Assembly (NCBI GenBank): GCA_012026655.1
Contig: JAAILG010003736.1
Location: forward strand, 1-44,677
Source of the DNA: Hydrolagus affinis
Lineage: Eukaryota
Length of the DNA: 44,677 nucleotides
Direction of reading: 5' to 3'
In this document: positions 1-41,700 of the stretch, in pieces
Layout: each line of letters opens with the position of its first letter
Numbering within the stretch: the stretch's first letter is position 1
Program-made: the position numbers and the translations under genes
The notes under the pieces: model-generated
What the model was told of the DNA's origin: nothing
The model's input: the letters and a program-made list of their open reading frames with translations, nothing else
Database searches by the model: none

Positions 1-32009
<32,009 letters not shown>

Positions 32010-32462
32010 TGTGGGAGTCGCTCAAGGCAATGCTTCAAGGTAGCAAATTAGCTGCAAAGCAACGGTGGGGGGGGAGATAATTCTGCAAGAGAAGGAAGAT
32101 CGAAAACAACATGTTGCAAACCTTTTGATTTGAACTTCACATAACAATCTAAATTTTGCTGTGTCTTTTCTTCAAAAGTGCAGTGCCTTGGGACGTCAGC
32201 CCGACGAGAAAGGCGCTCTATAAATGTAATTTTGTTGTGTCCAGAATTCTGAAACAGCAAGCTGACTTCTCAAGCTGTGTTTCTTTGCTTTTTTTTTAAA
32301 AAAGGACTGCAGGAAACTCACTTCAAAGTCAAGACTGAACTTCGAAGTTTAAATTACTCCAGTTTAGATTTTTGTTGAATTACATTGTCAAAGCTATGTT
32401 TTAATATTGCACTTCTAAATGAGTATCATTTATTTAAATTAATTAGGCTACACAGGTTCTAT

Positions 32463-32772
32463 TGTAGCTCAGTGGTTAGAGCATTCGCCTGACAAGTGTG
32501 AGACCTGTGTTCTAATCCAGTCAGGGAGAAGGCTTGGGCAAGTTTCCTTACTCCACACGCCTAATAATAATCCGTCCCAAAAAAAAGCACAATATAAAAA
32601 ATTGGTCATTTCAACCCACGACTGTTTGTGGGGACGCTGCTGTGCGCAATTGGCTGCCGTGTTTTGTCCACAAATATACAATCAATTCACTCTACGGTGT
32701 ATTCTGTGAAGCGCTTTGAGACGTCTAGAAGACGTGAAAAGCGCGATATGAAATGTAAGGATTATTATTATT
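32463..32772 (+). mobile_element. tRNA-derived SINE in first intron
   Basis: GTAGCTCAGTGGTTAGAGC head, body, (ATT)n tail. Confidence 0.9.
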
Positions 32773-32830
32773 AAAACTAACAATGGCAAACAAATTTGAA
32801 AGAAATACACAAATAAAGGAGTCTACATAC

Positions 32831-32856
32831 CGACCAGTCAAGCGCTGGAATCAGTA
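32831..32856 (-). other. myh7b: Putative short non-coding first exon of myh7b
   Basis: Starts ~30 nt after the TATA box (TSS inferred) and ends ...GACTGGTCG|GTATGT; would splice to the acceptor at 32051. Confidence 0.55.
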
Positions 32857-32878
32857 GAGGAGTGTGGCCAGAACCTGG

Positions 32879-32886
32879 CTTTTATA
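32879..32886 (-). promoter_or_regulatory. TATA box of the myosin gene
   Basis: Minus-strand TATAAAAG about 50 nt upstream of a GTATGT donor and 0.87 kb upstream of the ATG. Confidence 0.65.
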
Positions 32887-33139
32887 TTCTAATTTCAAGG
32901 TCGTTCCTTGTAAGGTATTCTAAACATGAGCATTTTAACTTGTTCTATATTTGATTTTTGGCCTCAGACAATAGTATGGTGTCTATGTGTATATGTGGTT
33001 TGCGGTGGTGCTGGGGAGGGTGGGGGCTGTGTGGAAGAAGGAAGCATTTATTGTTTCAACTGTCCAATTAATAACTTAATTGTAACATGACTCTCTCAGC
33101 CAACACAATAGCCCAACATTGGAAAACAAATAAGGATGA

Positions 33140-33378
33140 TGTCTCAAAGCGCTTCACAGAATATACTGCAAAGTGAATTGACTGTATATTTGTGGGCGAA
33201 ACGTGGCAGCCAATTGCACACAGCAGTGTCCCCATCAACAGTCGTGGATTGAAACGACCAATTTTATTGTTGTGATTTTGGGGTGTTGGGGATTATTATT
33301 AGGCATTTGGAGTAAGGAAACTTGCCCAAGGTTTCGCCCTGACCTCCTTGGATTCGAACACAGGTCTCAAGCTTGTAT
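33140..33378 (-). mobile_element. SINE ~250 bp upstream of the TATA box
   Basis: Body, linker and B box. Confidence 0.85.
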
Positions 33379-33911
33379 AGGCGTGTCACATTGGGAGGAT
33401 GTTCCAAATCGGACATACAGTACTGTAGAAAGCAATGATTGTGTGATTTTATGGCCGAACTCTACTAGGTCAAGACTAGAGTAGGCACATTAGTGGTTTA
33501 TAGATCATGTCATCTTACACGTTTGGACAAAGGCGTGTGCATGATAATTGCTATAGCCTGCCTTTCAGGGTCACAGCCACCACTGACCAACAAGCAGATT
33601 TGGAACTTGGTAACATTTTTATACCTTAGCAGACTTCCCAGAATGTGATCCTTTTGGGATTACCCATATTTAACCCCTCTCTCTTCAAGGCTAAAGCAAC
33701 ACCTGTGGAAACGTTTTTTTTTAAAAAAAATATTCTCAAGGGCAGAGCCACGACTGACGAGGTAGGATTTGGGACACATGGAATTGGACTTGCAACAGAA
33801 TTTCATCCCCCCATAAGCGCCAGTGTTCCCACGGTGGTGATGTGGCTAGAGAAAGCAAATATCAGACACCCCAAAGTGATCGTCCATCATTTGCGAGCCT
33901 CAATATTGGAA

Positions 33912-34063
33912 CATGGGAAGAGTAGACCCTTCAGCCCTTCAAGCCTGTTCCGCCATTTAATTAGATCACGGCTGATCTGTATTTCTCGTTTTCTCCCCGC
34001 ATGCGTCTCCCCTTCATACACCCACCAAAGATTTATCAACCCTCACTCTTGAAGGCGTAGATG
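33912..34063 (-). mobile_element. CR1 3' fragment
   Basis: Paralogous to 34862-35045. Confidence 0.72.
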
Positions 34064-34107
34064 TTTTTACGGGATAGGGAAACGCAACCGAGTGTGATCC
34101 TGTATGT

Positions 34108-34610
34108 ATCTCAGGGAGTACAGCACTCGCCTCACAAACGAGAGAGACCTGAATTTGATTCCCGGCAAGAGAAAATGTTAGGCAAATTTCCTTACCCCCC
34201 CCCACCCCACACACACACACACACTTCTGTTTACCCAGGAGCAAGTAGGAACCCGATTTTTAGTTGATTGGCGGATCGTTTTTCCGGGAGTAATAATTGC
34301 TTTAAAAAATAATAATAAATTGGTCACTCAATCCACGACTGTTTGTGGGACAACTGCTGTGCGCAATTGGCTGCCGCGTTCCGTCCACAAAATATAAGAT
34401 CAATTCACTTTACAATATAATAATAATCCTTGCATTTGATACAGCACTTTTCACATCTTCTAGACGTCTCAAAGCGCTTCACGGATTATTCAGTAAAGTG
34501 AATTGACTGTATATATATGTGTGGACGAAACGCGACAGCATATTCTGTGATGCGCTTTGAGATGTGTTGAAGACATGAAAAGCGCTATATCAAATGCAAG
34601 GATTATTATT
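34108..34610. mobile_element. SINE cluster (plus copy, then minus and plus tail fragments)
   Basis: Family motifs in alternating orientation. Confidence 0.8.
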
Positions 34611-34861
34611 TCGAAATGGGATTTCAGGGATTGAAGAATGTTTGCAGAGAAAAAAAATTGTTCTATTTAAAACTTGAAAGTGTTAAGATTGCTGCTATTT
34701 ACATCCATTGTAAAAAAATACATTGATAAACTTTGTTGTCGAAACTTTGTGGGAGGGCGTTTTATTTGTTCAAGCACTTTTCTTCTGAGATCGTACATAT
34801 ACACGTTGAACACTGACTAAAATGAAAGGGGTGACTTGAGTTCACACCCTCGCATGTTGCT

Positions 34862-35270
34862 CATAGGAACATACGAACAGGAGTAGGCCATTCAGCCCCT
34901 TGTGCTTGTTCTGCTATTTAATTAGATCATGGCTGATCTATAACTATACAAATCCTTTCAATCCCAATTCCCCGCTTTCTCCCCATATCCCTTAATACCT
35001 TGGCCTACCAAAAATTTATCAACCTCACTCTTGAAGGTGTGGATGGATCCAGCAATCACGACCCTTTGGGGGGGAGAGAATTCCAGATTTCTACCAAGCT
35101 TTCAGTGAACAAATGTTTCCTGAAGCTTCTAGAAGCTAAAGTAGACCTGCCTTGGAGTACCGCTCACACTCGTGTACCTCCCTCTCTGAATTGAATAGTG
35201 AATTCTATTCATTCTCAACCGCTGAGCGTTCCCAGGGATTTCTGTTTGTGTTCTATTAAACCTCTCCATT
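34862..35270 (-). mobile_element. CR1 3' end
   Basis: CATAGGAACATA..GGAGTAGGCCATTCAGCCCC..GGCTGATC..GGAGAGAATTCCAGA. Confidence 0.8.
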
Positions 35271-36614
35271 CGATGGCATGGTTGAGCTTGGAACTCCTCA
35301 CCTAAGGATTCAAACATACATTAAAAGTTGAATAAAAATAGTTTCATTTTCGGGATGAAAAACATCATCCCTGGCAGATGAGAATAATAATAATAATAAT
35401 TTTCACCAGCAAAAATGGTCAGCATTAGAAATTTCCGTTATTCTTCCAAATACTGTATTACGCCACAAATAACAATGTAACTTGGTTAAAATACTAACCG
35501 ATTAAACTATGGAATGACGAGTGAACCTAAGCTTACATTTTGCCGGTATGCAAGTTGCATTAGAAGGCGAAAAATAAAGCCGTTTAACCGTCTAGCTTGC
35601 GTCCGGTGAGGCAAAACTAGAACGAAATGGAAGAATTTATTGCTCTTTTTGGGACATTGATTTTACAGCTGTTGCTGGCATTCTGGGATGTATCCATCTA
35701 TTATTTTCCTTCATTAAATTAATACTTTGTTGGACTAGTATGTAGGGCACGCCGCCAGAAATCCAAAGCTTTTCCAAACTAAAGCGAGTCCCGATTTTGG
35801 AACAATGATCCGCGGTGTCTTCTGTTCAAGGTCAGAAATAGCAGCTGCTGATTGCACCACAATTACATGTAAATAATGGGGCTGATCCTTGGGTCGCTCA
35901 TATCATTTTTGATCGGAAACCTCATTTCAATGGAATGCATTCTATCCGTTTTATCAACCTCTCTTAATGCACAGAGTTTAGTGCCATCTGCCAGGGGTTT
36001 TCACTGCAGTTGTCACTGCTCTCATTTGTGAATTGTCAATTCATTTGTGGGCAGGGGGTGGAGCTCTGTAAAAAAATAAAGAACAGGGAGAAACATCTCT
36101 CTTGAGGGCAGCACTGATAGCAAAGCTAAATGCAATGTTGGCCCGAATGCAAAGACGTGAAGAGGCGATCGCGTCGCTAGGTGAGTACTCGTGATAAAAA
36201 GATTAACACAGTTAATAATGTATCACAAATTATTTCAGTCAATGCATGAATAGCACAAGCATTTCACAGTGCATCACAGGCAATTGTGTCAACTTAAGTA
36301 CTGTGTGACCAGTGTATGTCTAGGTAAGTGTGGCTACAGATTTGCACAAAGACCCACTAACAGCCATGAAATCAATGACCAATTTGTCTAAAGGATTGCT
36401 GGCTGAGACATCAGGACGTCGGGAAGAAGAAATCCTTTGCTGCCTTGTAGCATTCCTCAGCCTCTGCGTTACCTTGTAAACGTTGTACAGTATTCCTGTT
36501 GCTGAAATAGAGACATCTCAAGTAATATTGGCGTTCTCGAGGCCTGATTTAGACCGATCATTGAAGTGTTGTTTAAGATTTCTTCAGATGTCAGCCGCAA
36601 ATGCATTCCTATCG

Positions 36615-36900
36615 GCATCGATTCCCTTCGTGGGTTGCACGATAAATGATCCTGGCACAGAGCCAGAGTCCAGATTGATTGCTTTTGATACCAGTCTCCA
36701 GTGTAAACCTGCAAGTGGATCAGAGCTATTACAAATACTATGTGCGATATGTTGGAATCCATGTTGCTGTTTTGCGAATGTTTTCACACATGTGCCCAGT
36801 TAATACTGCAGGGATTTGCTTCCCAATCACCCAGATCTGTGCAGCGATGGCAGTACAGTGGATTAGGTGTATTTTGTCCTGGTTGAAATGTGATTACGCT
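36615..36900 (-). pseudogene. Possible decayed IgV exon
   Basis: Across frames: VITFQPGQNT / LIHC..W..KQIP / CRFTLETGIKSNQSGLWLCAR..EGN; two Cys 66 codons apart, four stops in between. Confidence 0.3.
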
Positions 36901-38008
36901 TTGAATTGCCATTAATCTTCAAGCCATTTGCCACCAGACATCTTATCTGATTCTGCTGCCCAATGTGCTAAAAAGTGTGGGAGACAAGGTTTGCATTCCG
37001 TCCTTCAGTAATATAGAGCGGATTTATTTTTTTCTTCGCTTTCTCTGTGTGTGGAACGATCGCAAAGCATCTCTGGCTTTTTTTTTCGCAGATAAACGGC
37101 ATCGCCAATCACATTATCGATGCGGGCTGCCGATTTCTGATTCATCTGAATGTTTGTGCGTGCGATCCAATGAATGCAGAGAGCAGAGTTAAATGACCCT
37201 GGTCACTGCGACCATTTGTAACATCGATGTCCCTGGCCGGCTCTCTGACTGTGAAGCGAATCGAGGGCCATACAAAGGCAAGAGATTGGTAGCTGTCCGT
37301 TCAACATCTAAAAGGAATCTGCTGAACAGTTTCAGTCCATATATGAGAATCACCACCAGAGCATCACAATGGCAAGTCAGTAGCAAATCATCTGAACTCA
37401 GCTATCATTATTATTATTAATAGTATTATTTAAATTTAGTACAGCGCCTTTCACTTTATAACCTCAATGCAATCTTGTATTGCAGTGGGACAGCTGTAAA
37501 GTCGACAGTGCATTTGATGTGGACAGCAACAAACTGAAGGAAGATGCATTTTTTTAGGCTCTGATTAGATTCTCTGGGCTTCATGTATAACTCTGCATGT
37601 AGTTTCTGTAGCTACTGATTTGTTTTAAGATGCTTCATCTCAGAAATTAAAAATACAGTTCGCTTTTTAAAGACACGTTGGGGTAAAAACTCTATTCAGC
37701 GTTACATATATAGCTCCTTTGGCGATATCAGCAACTAGAATGGGAAGTCCCATTAGTGGTCGACATTGCCAAAGGCAATTCTCTGAATGATCTATGGAAT
37801 TCATACCCAATTATGTGTTAGAGCCGTCAAACTCTGAATAGGCTCCCGGCTGACAGTAAAACACTGGGATTGTCGGCACTCGAAAAAAATATTGCATCTT
37901 ATTTCCTACTGGGAAGAGAAATAAATGATCAGATAAATTTATTTTATGAATGTGTGAGATCTATGAAACATACTTACTTGCACTTCTCTTGCAATGTCTT
38001 TCGTGGTC

Positions 38009-38014
38009 TTTATT
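38009..38014 (-). terminator. Candidate polyadenylation signal of the IgSF gene
   Basis: First minus-strand AATAAA after the stop (~600 nt downstream); a second at 37938-37943. Confidence 0.45.
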
Positions 38015-38605
38015 TTAATTAATATACAATATACAAAATTACATTGGTAAAGCGCCTTTCACGTCACGAGGTTGTCTCAATAGGCTCTCTTTGGTGGCTT
38101 GAACATAAAAACACAACAGATTTTCATACATCTTTTGTTTAGGGCACAGTGTAACAGGTGACTGTGTGAGATCAAAATAGGGCACTGGAGGAAACAAAAT
38201 GGTGTTGGTGGGTCAAGTAGAATTGGAACAAGTAAATTGTAGTCTCATTTAGAGGGATGAGAGAAAAGGCGCAATCAAGGATATAGTGATGCACAACAAA
38301 TATTTTTTTATAGTACCTAACTGTAGAACATTTGCGATTTTATGGTGCCTTAATATGCAGTAAACATGATAGCTATTACGAACGCAAAAATGCCCCCCAC
38401 AAACACCCATTAATTTATCTAGAGGATTCACAGTCAGGATACCGGAAGAAAGAGTTGAATAACATGATCGGATCTCTAATGTCTGCCACAACATGCAGGC
38501 GAGCCTTTGATTTTATGTTAATATGAAGTGCAGCATCTCTGTTAGAGAGTCCAGCCTAGCCTACAAACTCAAATAACCCAAACTGGCTCATTTACATCAA
38601 CGGCA

Positions 38606-38712
38606 TTACATCAATGAGGGTTGGCGAAGAAAACCGTAATCCGGATACAGTTTGGAGTCTTTTCTTCTCGAATCGGGCACAAAGTTCACGTAGACTGGTT
38701 CGGTGTTGGGAG
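38606..38712 (-). CDS. IgSF gene cytoplasmic exon
   Basis: TCCCCACATCTCTGCAG|CT CCC AAC... = APNTEPVYVNFVPDSRRKDSKLYPDYGFLRQPSLM*. Confidence 0.82.
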
Positions 38713-41700
38713 CTGCAGAGATGTGGGGAACCAAAATAATTCCTATCAGTGTAAGGCACAACCTCACCATTTTCCATCACTCCACTCCCTTTACAGTATA
38801 TACTGGACAGAATATCCTATGAACCTGCTTTGAGGTTACCCCTCCCCCCCACACGTCACTCCCTCCTTACCCCCCACCCACCCACCCCGACGTGAAAGGC
38901 GTTATGTCATTACATTTAAAAGGGGGGGGGTGGGGGGTGGGTAGGGGGGGAGGGTCAGGGTAGGGGTGGGGGGAAGGAGAGTAGGAAAGGGGGGGAGAGT
39001 TAGGAAGGCAGCAGTCCTTACCTTTCCTTGAGTACCTAAATAGGAGATATCCGACCACGGTCGCTAGAACTAGAAGGAGGCAGGTAACCGTGGCCCACAG
39101 GTAAACTCTGATTCCTGCCAATGAAAAAAGAAAAGGCGTTTTGAATTCATTAGCAAATCATTAGTCGATCATACCTGCTGAACGCCTGTGGTAACCCACG
39201 CCTTTCTCCCTGGCTCAGTGTCAGACTACGCCATTGTTACGTGTTTTCGAGATACCTTCTCAATGTGACGGACTCCACTGTATGTAAATGCAAGTCCGTG
39301 CTGCGGCTGTGGTCAAATTCACTGCCACGTTCACCTACAAAAATATCCATTGACGACACTTTACTGTACACTAAATCCCGTGAAACTATTTGGTACATTT
39401 GTGGAGCTCCTGCAGCTCAGTGGTTCGAGCACTCGGCTTACAAACGCGAGACCCGTGTTTTGAATCCAGGCAGGTCAGGGCGAGGCCTTGGGCAAGTTTC
39501 CTTACTCCACACTAGGATTCCGATATGCGTGCTCTAGGCCCAGGAGGTTTGCAATGCCGGCGACAAGGTAAGTTGAAAAAGTTTTATATTATACCGATAT
39601 AACCGATATATCGATATATCACCGGACACTACTCCACACACACGCGCCTGATAATATTCCGTCAAAAAAAACCCTATAATAAATTGGTCATTTCAATCCA
39701 CGACTGTTTGTGGGGGACGTTGCTGTGACGCAATTGGCTGCTGCGTTTCGCCCACAAATATATACAGTCAATTCACTTTACAGTATATTCTGTGAAGCGC
39801 TTTAGGACGTCTAGAAGACGTGAAAAGTGTTATATCAAATGCAAGGATTTTTATTATTACACCCTCCCGATGTGAAAGGCACGGTATGAAGTACAATGTA
39901 CTAATAATTATTATTATTATGATCTCCAAATTCCTCTTAAAATCAGAAAAAGATTTGTCGACACTTGAAGATTGAAAAATGCAGTGTTTCACCCGACAGA
40001 TTCAAGGGCATTACAACAACAACAACAAAGATACATTTGTATAGCGCCTTTCGGGAGGAAGTCCCAAGCCACTGAATTGGGCCGGAGAGGTAGGGGAGTG
40101 CAGAGGAGTGGAGGGATTTGGGAGAAAACAGGGAGAAAGCTGGAAGGCAGCTTCCGGGATGAAAGTTTAAAGGGGAAGTGAAAAAAAAGTAAAAATTCAA
40201 ATACCTTTGGCCTTCTCGTTGAATGGAATGATTATGTCTCTGGTGAGAGGAGACTGCAATGAAGAGTGATTAACGTGGCACGAAAACACATCTCCCTCCC
40301 GCCAATCAGAAAGGTTCAGATAGCTTGCTTGAGAGAAGGTTTGGCTTGACACATTAAGAATTTCCAAGTTCTCCCATCCCGGAACTATGTTTCCTTCTTT
40401 ACTCCAGCTCAGGTCGATGTTACCTGGGAAGAAATTCTCAGCCAAGCAAACTAATTGTATGCAGCTGTGATTCGTGCTTGAGGATTGAAACTCCACCCTG
40501 ACATCTGGAGAAGCTGGAGGAAGAAAACCTGACTTGTCAATAACAGAGACATTTTGTTTGTTGCATTGGAAAAATAATATCTGTTCACAATCTACTCATC
40601 TTTCAGGGGTAGCAATCCGCGAAGTCTGGGAAAGACAGACACATGTAATAATAATAATCCTTGCATATGATATGGCGCTTTCCAGGTCTTCTAGACGTCT
40701 CAAAGCTCTTCACAGAATATACTGTGAAATGAATTGACCGAATATTTGTGGGCGAAACGCGGCAGCCAATTGCGCACAGCGGCGTCCCCCACAAACAGTC
40801 GTGGATTGAAATTTAGAATTTTTTTTGAGAGATTATTATTAGGTGTGTGGAGTAAGGAAACTTGCGCAAGGTTTCGTCCTGCCTGGAATCGAACTCAGGT
40901 CTCTCGCTTGTAAGGCGAGTGCTCTAACCACTGAGCTACAGGACTGCTGTGAGAGGCAGCAGAGAGAAACTGAAAGGGGACAAAGAACCATTGAAACAAA
41001 AAAAGACACAATACAAAGCGCTTCAACAAAGTCACCATCCCAAGAGAAGCAGAGGAGACAATGAAAGGCAAACGGAGGAATTTAACAAAGGATCACAGAC
41101 AAAACATAATAGACAAGCAAGAGAAAAGCTGAGTCAAACTTGTACAACAAGCGTTCTATTGATAGGTTCTGTCGTTATTATTTACCCTGTTCTATTCTTA
41201 ACAACAATTAAACAGGCAATATTTGGTTAAAAAATGCAAATGAGAGCGCTTTTGTTTTCAAGAAAACATCAATACTGTACGACTGTTGTCCATACCTTCT
41301 GCAATGAGGTACGTTGAGTTGCCACGGATTTGCCTGACGGGCGGAGGGATAGGGAACTCAATCTTGCAGTAGTAAAAGTCCGTGTCTTCCAGTCGGACAT
41401 CTCGCATGCAAACACTTATGAAATGAGCGCTTGTGTTCCAGGCAATCTTCACCCGACTGTCGCACGCGGGGGACAGCGTTTGCGTGTGTTTCACGTACAG
41501 GATTCTACACACGGGGCTGACCCGCGCGTTCCTCTTCCAGGAAACCGTGACCATTTCGGCCTCAACTCCTTGGTATGAGCAGGTAATCTCAGCACTCTGC
41601 CCCTTCAAGACTCGAAGGGCAGCTGGCTCCTGTATCACCCAGCCTTGACAACCCGCCGAGTCTTTTCCATCGGAAATCACAAAGTTAATCAATACTTTGA

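Noticed and set aside
38925-38995. G-run tracts (also ~2730-2775, 3375-3405) able to form G-quadruplexes
   Set aside because: Low-complexity intronic tracts common in this genome; no specific evidence of function.
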